This document shows positions 10,553 to 19,446 of a stretch of DNA of 32,000 nt, in pieces. The notes under the pieces are model-generated. The model was not told the DNA's origin and made no database searches. It worked only from the letters and a program-made list of their open reading frames with translations. Source of the stretch: Candidatus Saccharimonadota bacterium (lineage in GTDB: Bacteria > Pseudomonadota > Alphaproteobacteria > Rickettsiales > Anaplasmataceae); the NCBI RefSeq assembly GCF_013365495.1, contig NZ_CP046580.1, positions 1 through 32,000 of the forward strand. The letters are read 5' to 3'. The position numbers were made by a program, and so were the translations under genes. Every line of letters begins with the position of its first letter. Position 1 is the first letter of the stretch.

Positions 10553-10713
10553 TTAGTTTTATGACATTAATTAACTAAATTTAAATAAGTTTTCAAAGTA
10601 AAGTCAAATTTCTATTATCTTGGGTAATCTATTAGTAATATGAGCAATATATTGAATATTAAAGGTATTTGGAGTATATTAGTGAGCGTTATTAGTAATA
10701 GTGTAATGTAAAT

Positions 10714-11991
10714 ATGCATGATATAAGATATATTCGAAAAAAACCTTGGGAATTTGAGAAAGCAATGAAGATGAGAGGAGTTAAGGAGTTTTCTATAAGA
10801 GGGATATTAGAGATTGATTATAAGAAAAGGTTATTAACTACTAAGTTACAAGATTTGAATAGGCAGCTTAATCAAGTTACAGATGAAATAAGAAAGCTAA
10901 GAGTAGGTAATATTCCTTATGGAGAGCAGATAAAGTTATCGAAAAGTATTGCGAGTGAGATAGAAGAAATTAGCTTGATGGAGCAAATAGAAAAAGATAA
11001 GTTAATGAATATTTTGTCTAATTTACCTAATATTCCTGCACAAGATATACCAGTGGGTGAAGATGAAGGTTCTAACTTGGAGATAAGAAAATATGGAGAG
11101 AAAAGGAAATTTAATTTTACAGTAAAGTCTCATTATGAACTTGGGGAAGAATTAAATTTAATGGATTTTGAGCAGGCAACGAGAATTTCTAGATCAAGAT
11201 TTACAGTGTTGAAAGGGCAGTTGGCAGGGCTTGCACGAGCATTAGTAAACTTTATGCTTGAGATGCATGTTAGTGAATTTGGTTATACTGAAGTGTATCA
11301 TCCGATTTTGGTAAAAAATGAGGCGATGTATAATGTTGGTCAGTTGCCAAAGTTTTCTGATGATTCATATTTAACTACTGATGAATTAAGGTTGATTCCT
11401 ACAGGTGAAGTTGTTTTGACAAATTTAGTTGCTGGTAAAATTTTAAAAGAAAAGGAACTACCAATTCGTTTTGTTGCATATTCAGAGTGCTTTCGTAAAG
11501 AAGCTGGCAATGCAGGTTGGGAAACTAGAGGTATGATAAGACAACATCAATTTGGTAAAGTAGAGTTAGTGAGTATTACAGCTGAAGACCAATCTAATGA
11601 TGAACTTGAGCGTATAATAAATATTGCTGAAGAGATACTGAGAAGATTAGAATTACCATATAGAGTGGTATTACTGTGCAGTGGTGATATAGGGTTTGCT
11701 GTACAAAAAACTTATGATATAGAGATATGGTTACCTGGGCAGAATAAATACAGAGAAATATCTAGTTGTTCAAGTTGTGGTGCATTTCAGGCGAGAAGAA
11801 TGAATACTAAGTATTTTTTAGAAACTAATAAAAAGATAAAAAAGTACGTTCATACTTTAAATGGTTCAGCTTTAGCTATAGGTAGAACGATTATTGCTAT
11901 AATGGAAAATTATCAGAATTCTAATGGGTCAATTGCAATACCAAATGTGTTGCAAAAATATATGAGTGATGATACTGTTATAGGTAAGTAA
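10714..11991 (+). CDS. serS: Seryl-tRNA synthetase
   Basis: 425-aa ORF with class II motifs FRKEAGNAG...RQHQFGKVE and TLNGSALAIGRTIIAIMENYQ, plus an N-terminal coiled-coil arm. Confidence 0.95.
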   Translation: MHDIRYIRKKPWEFEKAMKMRGVKEFSIRGILEIDYKKRLLTTKLQDLNRQLNQVTDEIRKLRVGNIPYGEQIKLSKSIASEIEEISLMEQIEKDKLMNILSNLPNIPAQDIPVGEDEGSNLEIRKYGEKRKFNFTVKSHYELGEELNLMDFEQATRISRSRFTVLKGQLAGLARALVNFMLEMHVSEFGYTEVYHPILVKNEAMYNVGQLPKFSDDSYLTTDELRLIPTGEVVLTNLVAGKILKEKELPIRFVAYSECFRKEAGNAGWETRGMIRQHQFGKVELVSITAEDQSNDELERIINIAEEILRRLELPYRVVLLCSGDIGFAVQKTYDIEIWLPGQNKYREISSCSSCGAFQARRMNTKYFLETNKKIKKYVHTLNGSALAIGRTIIAIMENYQNSNGSIAIPNVLQKYMSDDTVIGK

Positions 11992-12027
11992 TGATTCTGA
12001 ATATATAAAAACGAGAAATTTTAAAGA

Positions 12028-13299
12028 ATGAAGGTTCTGGTTATTGGTTCTGGTGGGCGTGAGCATGCTTTGCTTTGGGCTCTTAAAAAATCTCCTCTTT
12101 TAACTGAGTTATATGTTACCCCTGGACGTCAAGCTATGAAGGATTTTGGAATTATTGCAAATATAAATATTAAAAATTTAATTGATGTTACACGATTTTG
12201 TAAAAGAGAAAATATAAAGTTAGTTGTCATTGGCCCAGAACAACCAATAATTGATGGGCTTGCTAGTAATTTAATTGCAGAAGGAATAAATGTTTTTGCC
12301 CCGAGTCAAGGTGCTGCAAAACTTGAAGCGTCAAAATCTTTTACCAAAGGATTGTGTAGACAATATAGTGTACCATCTCCTAGATATGAGTGTTTTGTTG
12401 ATGAAGGTTTAGCTAAAAATTTTATACTTAGTAATAAAATAAAATTTCCACTTGTGATAAAAGCAAATGGAATTGCAGCAGGGAAAGGTGTAATAATCTG
12501 TAATACAGAAAATGAAGCTTTTGCAGCGATAGATTTAATGTTAGTGAAAAAAAAATTTGGTGAATCAGGTGAGGAGATAATTATAGAGGAATTTTTAGTT
12601 GGAGAAGAAGTAAGTTTTTTTGTTCTTGTTGATGGATTGAAAGTAGTAACTTTTGGATGTGCGAAGGATTATAAAAGGGTTGATGCGAATAATGATAGTA
12701 AGAATACTGGGGGTATGGGATCATACTCATCGCCTTCAATTGTAAGTAAAGGTATGGAAGAGAAAATTATTCAAAAAATAATATATCCAACAATTCAAGC
12801 ACTTACTAATATGGGTACCCCTTATCGAGGAGTTCTTTTTGCTGGTTTAATGATTTGTAAAGATGATCCAAAACTTCTTGAATATAATGTTAGGTTTGGT
12901 GATCCAGAAGTACAATCTATTTTACCTAGGTTTGATAAAAACTGTGATTTATTAAAATTGATGTTATCAGTTGCAGAGGGAAAATTAAATGTTAAAGCAG
13001 TTAAACTAACTAGTAAATCCACAGTTTGTGTGGTCGTTGCAAGTAAAGGTTATCCAGATAATTATAAGACTGGAGAAATTATTAAAGGATTAGATAAAAT
13101 TGAGAGTATTCCTGGTATATTAGTGTTTCATGCTGGTACTAAATTGGATAAAAGTGGTAATTGGATTTCTGATGGTGGGAGAGTATTAAATATAGTAGGA
13201 GAAGGAGATTCTTTGGAAGAAGCTAAAGGAAAAGTGTATTCAGCGTTAAATTTTCTTAGATGGCCAGGGGGATTTTTTAGGTATGATATTGGTAATTAG
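12028..13299 (+). CDS. purD: Phosphoribosylamine-glycine ligase
   Basis: 423-aa ORF with the N-terminus MKVLVIGSGGREHAL, an ATP-grasp body and a C-terminal GGRVLN block. Confidence 0.95.
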   Translation: MKVLVIGSGGREHALLWALKKSPLLTELYVTPGRQAMKDFGIIANINIKNLIDVTRFCKRENIKLVVIGPEQPIIDGLASNLIAEGINVFAPSQGAAKLEASKSFTKGLCRQYSVPSPRYECFVDEGLAKNFILSNKIKFPLVIKANGIAAGKGVIICNTENEAFAAIDLMLVKKKFGESGEEIIIEEFLVGEEVSFFVLVDGLKVVTFGCAKDYKRVDANNDSKNTGGMGSYSSPSIVSKGMEEKIIQKIIYPTIQALTNMGTPYRGVLFAGLMICKDDPKLLEYNVRFGDPEVQSILPRFDKNCDLLKLMLSVAEGKLNVKAVKLTSKSTVCVVVASKGYPDNYKTGEIIKGLDKIESIPGILVFHAGTKLDKSGNWISDGGRVLNIVGEGDSLEEAKGKVYSALNFLRWPGGFFRYDIGN

Positions 13300-14019
13300 T
13301 ATGATTGTATATAAAGTTTAAAATTTTCAGTACTTTTTATTATAAGTATGCTTGTTATACTGGTTATATTGCTTATGAAGTAATTAAGAAAATATGGGTT
13401 TATGAAAATTTAATTAGTTTTATTTAAGGTTAATAAGTTTTTTTAATGTTTAAGTGATGTTTTTTTTAGTAAAAAAAAAAGTGTATGGATATGAGTGAGA
13501 GAAATGTGAATAAATTAAAGATGGAGTGTAAAGTATATGGTGTATATGTAAGTCATATGCTGAATTAATGAATCTTTAATATTATCAGGAATAGTGAATA
13601 TTGTAAATAATTCTGCTGGAATAGTTATATGAGTATATTGAAATATAAAATAAATAGTTATTAGTGTTTTATTAAGGGAATAATACTATTGAAGTTATTA
13701 TCAAAAAGTGCAGAGCAAGGAATCTAAAATTCAAATTAGAAGGAAAAGAAAGCATAAGCAAAAAAGGAAGATAGAAAATAATTGATGTTAAGTTTATGGT
13801 AGTTTAAGTTTAGTTTTGGTGAGATTATAGAATGCTAGTGATTTTGGAGGATAGTAGATAAACTGAAGGGTTAATATAGTTAAACTGATTTTATGAATTC
13901 TGCTTGAAACTAATTAAACTAATTTGATTATATATTAGAACTTTTGAGGAAGCTTGGTTTATACTTATTTCATTGTTTTTATTATTAAATATTATTTTGA
14001 ATAATATGGAGGAATATAT

Positions 14020-15579
14020 TTGTCAGTAATTGCTATTATTGATTTTGGTTCACAATTTACACAGCTTATTGCAAAACAAGTTAGAAAAATGGGTGTTTAT
14101 TGTGAGATATTTTCAAGTACCATTGATTTTAAAGTAGTTTTAAAAAAATATAATGGATTTATTTTTTCTGGAGGACCGCAATCTGTAAATGATTCTGATG
14201 TAAGTAGAATAGTGCATGAGATTATAAAATTTAATGAGGTAACAAATGTCCCTATACTTGGGATATGTTATGGACAACAGCTTGTTTGTCATTATTTTGG
14301 AGGAAAGATAAAAAGAAATTTTAAGCAAGAGTTTGGTAAGGTTAAGATTAAGATATTAAAGAAATCTCCCATAATAAAAGATACATGGGATATTAATTCT
14401 GAGGTAGATGTCTTGATGAATCATGTAGATAGTGTTGAAAGTATACCTCAAGAATTTACTGTTATTGCGTTAGGTGTGGTGAACCAAACAGTTGCAATAA
14501 TTGTTAATGAACAACGTAAGATATATTGTACTCAGTTTCATCCTGAGGTTAAGCTTACGGCAAATGGTAATAAGTTGCTTTCTAATTTTTTAGATATTGC
14601 AAATTGTAAAAGAAACTGGACGGTAAAATCATTTATTGAAAAACAGAAGAGTAAAATAAAGGATTTGGTAAAGGAGAAAAAAGTAATTGCTGCAGTAAGT
14701 GGTGGAGTTGATTCAAGTGTTGCAGCAACGCTCATGTATAAAGCTATAGGAAAGCAATTGAATTGTATTTTTATTGATACTGGGTTGTTACGTAAGAGTC
14801 ATATCATCACTATATTAAAAGAAATTCCAGTGAATTATGTTAATAGATCAAGCTTATTTTTAAGTAAGTTAAAAGGCATAATTGATCCAGAGGAAAAACG
14901 GAAAGTTATTGGTAGTACTTTTATTGAGGTATTTGAAGAAGAAGCAAAAAAAATTGGTGATGTAGATTTTTTAATGCAAGGTACTATTTATTCTGATATA
15001 GTTGAGTCTGGATATGCTTCAAGGCATGCTAGTTTAATTAAATCTCATCATAATGTTGGTGGATTACCAAAAAAAATGAATCTAAAGTTAGTTGAACCTT
15101 TACGTTATTTATTTAAGGATGAAGTTAGAATACTTGGAAAAGAAATTGGTCTATCAGATAAAATGATATTTCAACACCCATTTCCCGGACCAGGACTTGC
15201 GGTAAGGATTATAGGTGAAATTAATGAAGAAAAAGTACGAATATTACAAGATGTAGATGAAATATATATCAATACGATGAGAAGTCATAATTTATATGAT
15301 CAAGTATGGCAAGCTTTTGCTGTATTACTACCAATAAGAACTGTAGGTGTTGTAGGAGATAGTCGTACATATGGATATGTTTGTGCTTTGAGAGCTGTGA
15401 CATCTTCTGATAGTATGACAGCTGATGCATTTCCGTTTGAGGATAAAAGTCAATATTCATTAATGTTTTGGAGCTTTTTGCAGGATGTAAGTAGTATAAT
15501 TGTTAATAAAGTTTCTGGAATTAATAGAGTTGTATATGACTTAACTTCTAAACCGCCAGCAACTATTGAGTGGGAATAA
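14020..15579 (+). CDS. guaA: GMP synthase (glutamine-hydrolysing)
   Basis: 519-aa ORF with GATase blocks [10 protein letters not shown] and QFHPEV, and the ATP-PPase P-loop SGGVDSSV. The apparent start is TTG at 14020-14022, with GGAGGA at 14008-14013 six nt upstream. Confidence 0.93.
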   Translation: MSVIAIIDFGSQFTQLIAKQVRKMGVYCEIFSSTIDFKVVLKKYNGFIFSGGPQSVNDSDVSRIVHEIIKFNEVTNVPILGICYGQQLVCHYFGGKIKRNFKQEFGKVKIKILKKSPIIKDTWDINSEVDVLMNHVDSVESIPQEFTVIALGVVNQTVAIIVNEQRKIYCTQFHPEVKLTANGNKLLSNFLDIANCKRNWTVKSFIEKQKSKIKDLVKEKKVIAAVSGGVDSSVAATLMYKAIGKQLNCIFIDTGLLRKSHIITILKEIPVNYVNRSSLFLSKLKGIIDPEEKRKVIGSTFIEVFEEEAKKIGDVDFLMQGTIYSDIVESGYASRHASLIKSHHNVGGLPKKMNLKLVEPLRYLFKDEVRILGKEIGLSDKMIFQHPFPGPGLAVRIIGEINEEKVRILQDVDEIYINTMRSHNLYDQVWQAFAVLLPIRTVGVVGDSRTYGYVCALRAVTSSDSMTADAFPFEDKSQYSLMFWSFLQDVSSIIVNKVSGINRVVYDLTSKPPATIEWE

Positions 15580-15580
15580 T

Positions 15581-16295
15581 TTAGAATTGTTTTCTTTTTT
15601 TTGTATAACATATTTTTTTCTTTATGTGGTTTATATTTTCTATAAGGAATGTAAATATTAATGAAAAATACAAGTATCCTTTGGGTAATTTTATATGAAG
15701 TCCTTCAAGGATTAGATACATACCAGCGATTAGAATAAATAAAATGGCAATTATTTTTAGATTTGTGCTGTATTTAATTAACTGAGCAGTATAGTCTGAT
15801 AAAGATATCATTACTAGTGTGGAAAGTATGTATGCTATGGCAATAGTGATCATGTTATTAGTTAATACTATAGCAGTCAATAAAGAATCAACTGAAAAAA
15901 CTAAGTCTATTAATGTAATTTGTAACATGATTAAAAATGATTGTGTCTTGATATCTATTTTTTTTTAGATTGTTTGGATAAAAAAATATTGTTCCATAAT
16001 TCTATAGCGCTTTTTATAACAAGAAATATTCCTCCTGCTATCATAAGTAAATCTTTTACTGAAATGTTTAGTGATAAAATATGGAATATAGTTTTTTGTA
16101 TTGATAATATGTTTGATATAAAAGATAGTGTTACAAAACGCATTAATAATGTTAGTCCAAGCCAATAAGACGTATTTTTTCTTTTAGTACATTTGGTGTT
16201 TTGTCTAGAAATAAAGAGACAAAAATTAGATTATCTAGATTTAATATAATTTCAAATAATGTAAGTATTAGTAAAGTTTGAGTTTCAGTGAACAT
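15581..16295 (-). pseudogene. TerC-family integral membrane protein, disrupted by two frameshifts
   Basis: Three colinear minus-strand fragments together read as one protein of about 238 aa. They are 16295-16152 (MFTETQTLLILTLFEIILNLDNLIFVSLF...IRLIGLD*), 16143-15955 (MRFVTLSF...MIAGGIFLVIKSAIELW...KKK*) and 15928-15581 (MLQITLIDLVFSVDSLLTA...). Both family DN/DS repeat motifs are present. The breaks lie near 16160-16165 and in the homopolymer at 15958-15966. Confidence 0.8.
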
Positions 16296-16393
16296 TTTTA
16301 TTTCAGATTCAGATATTCTACTTTTTATACTAAATATATAAAAATTAAGTGACTTTACTTGGATGAGATAAGATTAATATAAATTAAGTTTCC

Positions 16394-16413
16394 TTAATGC
16401 TACGTAGCATTAA
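16394..16413. promoter_or_regulatory. Perfect 20-bp palindrome in the divergent TerC-pseudogene / mrpE intergenic region (candidate operator)
   Basis: ttaatgctac|gtagcattaa is its own reverse complement with no spacer. It lies 99 bp from the TerC ATG and 142 bp from the mrpE ATG. Confidence 0.35.
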
Positions 16414-16554
16414 TTGTTATGCATTTAATAAATATTAATTTATTTAAGAAATAGATTTGTTTTCTATAGCCTAAACTAATTTATTGAGGATATATATATA
16501 TTTGTAAAATTCTATTATATTTTCTCTTAAGAAGTCATTGGTTATACTGTAGTC

Positions 16555-17097
16555 ATGAATTTTAAGCAAGAAATTAAGTTTTTTTTTCTATTATTTCTAA
16601 TTTTATTTTTTTTGTGGATTATATTTTCTGGTTATCTTAAGCCGTTTTTTATTTTTTGTGGAGTGTTTTCTTCTATGTTTACGTCATTTGTGTTTAAACA
16701 ATTAGTAAATGCTGAAAGTGCTTTTATTCAGATCTTGAATAATGCTAGTAAGTTATCATTTTATAGGTTGCTAATAAATTATATACCTTGGTTAGTATAT
16801 CAAATTATTTTATCAAGCATTTATGTGACAAGAAAAGTTTTACAGAGTAAACTTAAGCTTGAGCCGGTTGATATTTTTATAAAGGAATGTAAGGAACACA
16901 TTGATGAAAGTATTACATTGTTTGCAAATTCAGTTACAATTACTCCTGGTACTTTAGTTATTGATGTTGTAAAGAAGAAACGGCAAACATATTTATTTAC
17001 TGTGTGTTTGATAGATAAAAGTCTTAGGAGTAGCATTTTGAAGATAGAGAATAAAGTTCTAAAGGTACTGTATGAATCTGATGATTGCTTTAAATAG
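16555..17097 (+). CDS. mrpE: Monovalent cation/H+ antiporter subunit E (MrpE/MnhE/PhaE)
   Basis: 180-aa ORF with N-terminal TM helices. The block TLFANSVTITPGTLVIDV...YLFTVCLID parallels Bacillus MrpE LLASLISLTPGTLSMD...YIYIHAID. Confidence 0.8.
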   Translation: MNFKQEIKFFFLLFLILFFLWIIFSGYLKPFFIFCGVFSSMFTSFVFKQLVNAESAFIQILNNASKLSFYRLLINYIPWLVYQIILSSIYVTRKVLQSKLKLEPVDIFIKECKEHIDESITLFANSVTITPGTLVIDVVKKKRQTYLFTVCLIDKSLRSSILKIENKVLKVLYESDDCFK

Positions 17098-17566
17098 TTA
17101 GAGTATTTCTTATTGTATTTTTTTCTCACTGCTTTCAAATTTTCTTTGAAAAGAAAGATATTGCTTTAATAATCAAGTATAGAGATTATTGACAAATTTT
17201 CTGTTTTGATTGTTATTTTATTATTGAGTTTATTTAAAAATTATTTTATATGTTTTTGTGGTGGTAGTTTGATTTAAGGTAAATTTTTGCTTATAGTATT
17301 TGCTTTTTGTTGAAATACATTTAAATTTTAAGTTTCAAAGTTTATTATGGCTGTGGTAGAACACTTGCTATTTTATATAATAAATAGTTAATAGTTTTAT
17401 ATTTGAGAGCTTGTTTTTATGATTAATATATGATGTTTTATATTGTTCAACAGAGAATATAAAAACATAAAATGTATAAGTTTATTATATAAGGGTATTT
17501 ATTAATATAATGTGTTTTATTAGAATGAGTGTTATTATATAGGTATAAATAATTAGCTATATTAAA

Positions 17567-18139
17567 ATGAAAAAGGTAAGGCTCGGAGTACTGATTTCAG
17601 GTAGGGGAGCAAATATGCAAGCATTAATAAAAGCAGGTCAAGAAGATCATGATTTTCCTGCAAAAGTTGTATGTGTTATTGCAAATAATAGTAAGGCCGG
17701 TGGTTTTAAAATAGCAAAGCAAGTAGCAGGGATTTCAGCGTTTGTTGTTGATGATGAACCGCTTGATACCAATAGAATTCATGAAATATTTGTACAATAT
17801 AAAGTTGACTTGATTTGCCTTGCAGGTTTTATGAGGATTTTAAAAATTGATTTTTTGAATAAATGGTATAATAAAGTTATCAATATTCATCCTTCTTTAC
17901 TTCCATCTTTTAGAGGCTTAAATGCTCAAGAGCGGGCTCTAAAGGCTGGTGTCAAAATTACAGGTTGTACAGTACATTATGTTACCTCTAAAGTTGATGC
18001 TGGAGCTATTATTGCTCAAACTGCTGTGCCAGTATTACCAAATGATGATGTTCAAAGCCTTTCAGAACGAATTTTGATTGAAGAGCGTAAGTGTTATGTG
18101 GAAGCAGTTAAGTTAATAGCAAAAAATATTGATTATTAA
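17567..18139 (+). CDS. purN: Phosphoribosylglycinamide formyltransferase
   Basis: 190-aa ORF with GVLISGRGANMQ, NIHPSLLPSFRGLNA and VDAGAIIAQ. Confidence 0.93.
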   Translation: MKKVRLGVLISGRGANMQALIKAGQEDHDFPAKVVCVIANNSKAGGFKIAKQVAGISAFVVDDEPLDTNRIHEIFVQYKVDLICLAGFMRILKIDFLNKWYNKVINIHPSLLPSFRGLNAQERALKAGVKITGCTVHYVTSKVDAGAIIAQTAVPVLPNDDVQSLSERILIEERKCYVEAVKLIAKNIDY

Positions 18140-19446
18140 GTACTTTTTCCAACTTTAACAAAAAATAAATTTTGGGGTTCTAGTAAAGAATTTGCTAATT
18201 TTTTTACTTCTTCTAATTTTACGTTATTAATGATGTTTTCATAATCATTTATATAATTAATATTATAATTATTTATTTGAATATTATCGAGCATTGCTAC
18301 TGTATTTGTGTTATTGGATAGAAAAAAGATAAAATTATTTATTAAACTAGTTTTTGAATTTTTGAACAATTGTTTGTCAATTCCTTTCTTTTTTATTAGA
18401 CTTAATGTATTCTTAATTGCTGATATAGCTTTATTAACAGTAGAGTTATCAGTACTTATAAATCCAGTTATAATATTTCCATGTTTATTGGAAACAATAC
18501 TTACATTAGCATTGTAAGTAATACCTAAATTTTGCCTTAATTCTTTCATTATTACTGAATTTAATTTCATACCGCCAAGGGCGTTAATTAAGACGATGGC
18601 ATTATAGTAGTTAGGATTTTCACGAGCTATTCCTTTTTGAGCAAAAAGTATTATACTTTGTGGTATATTCATAAAGATGCTCTTATTTTTTGCGGGACCG
18701 AAGTCATTTTTTACAGGTATTTTTTTAACTTTTGATCTTTTTGGTGATAGCTTAGATAAATATTTATCTAGTAATGCACTAATTTCTTTTTTTGTTGTAC
18801 ATCCAGCAACACTTATAACTATGTTATCTTTAGCAAAATTATGCTTTATATATGTTAAAACATCATTTCTGGTTATTCTCATTATAGAATCAAAAGTTCC
18901 ATATTTACTTCTTGAGTAGGGATGGTTTTTAAACAAAAGTTTATTAAGCTGCTTAGTAGCAATGAAGTGAGGTTTTTTTTCGAGGTTATTAAAGTTGATT
19001 TTAGCTTTTTCAAAAATTCTATTTAGCCCTTCAGGATCAACTTTAGGACATGTTATAGCCTCGCTTAGTAGTGAGATTGCATCTTCTAAGTTTTCAGATA
19101 AAGTGTTTAATGAGACTTGAAATGTTTCTAAATTAGTGCTGAAGCTTAAATTTATCCCTTTATCTTTAAGTTTTTTTGCAAAAATTTTAGAATCATTTTT
19201 TCCTGCTCCTTCTTGAATTACAAGAGAGGTAAACCAAGTGATTCCTTGTTTTTCTGTATTCTCATACGCATAGCCTGAGTCTCTAAATGAGATATTTATT
19301 GAAACCTTTGGTAAATCACAATTTTTAACAAATAAAAACTTAAATCTTTTATTAGTACTGATTTCTTCTATATTTAGATATCCACTTGCTTGTGAGTAAA
19401 ATCCTAAGTAAAAAAAAAGTAGAAGTATGAATTTACTTGTTTTCAT
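18136..19446 (-). CDS. M16-family peptidase homologue lacking the zinc motif (probable non-catalytic subunit)
   Basis: I place the start at ATG 19444-19446, with AAGAGGA 6 nt upstream, rather than at the TTG at 19476 in the ORF track. It has the signal peptide MKTSKFILLLFFYLGFYSQASG. Length is typical of M16, but the block aligned to HxxEH reads GITWFTSLVIQEGAG. Confidence 0.8.
   Translation of the reverse strand: MKTSKFILLLFFYLGFYSQASGYLNIEEISTNKRFKFLFVKNCDLPKVSINISFRDSGYAYENTEKQGITWFTSLVIQEGAGKNDSKIFAKKLKDKGINLSFSTNLETFQVSLNTLSENLEDAISLLSEAITCPKVDPEGLNRIFEKAKINFNNLEKKPHFIATKQLNKLLFKNHPYSRSKYGTFDSIMRITRNDVLTYIKHNFAKDNIVISVAGCTTKKEISALLDKYLSKLSPKRSKVKKIPVKNDFGPAKNKSIFMNIPQSIILFAQKGIARENPNYYNAIVLINALGGMKLNSVIMKELRQNLGITYNANVSIVSNKHGNIITGFISTDNSTVNKAISAIKNTLSLIKKKGIDKQLFKNSKTSLINNFIFFLSNNTNTVAMLDNIQINNYNINYINDYENIINNVKLEEVKKLANSLLEPQNLFFVKVGKST

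Noticed and set aside
13460-13480. T8-AGT-A10 (ttttttttagtaaaaaaaaaa) in the purD-guaA spacer
   Set aside because: It could fold as an all-A:U hairpin, but that would be thermodynamically negligible. Homopolymer runs are common at this composition and I could assign no function.
970-15460. Short ORFs of 61-80 aa nested antisense within hemE, aatA, the MFS gene, glyA, the CE-protease gene, purD and guaA (970-1191, 2079-2306, 3767-3958, 5377-5574, 5859-6068, 9249-9482, 9913-10110, 12822-13022, 14140-14328, 14538-14735, 15269-15460; also 18308-18517 and 18677-18919 within the M16 gene)
   Set aside because: All are embedded antisense in confidently assigned genes, none has motifs, and their lengths are typical of chance ORFs.
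15941-16168. ORFs 15941-16168 (+) and 15965-16165 (-) across the TerC-family locus
   Set aside because: These are alternative frames over the pseudogene. The frame carrying the TerC-family motifs is the one reported. The 66-aa minus ORF MAWTNIINAF... is simply the third frame spanning the first frameshift.
16821-17138. 105-aa ORF antisense to mrpE
   Set aside because: It overlaps the conserved TPGT block of mrpE on the other strand and has no independent support.
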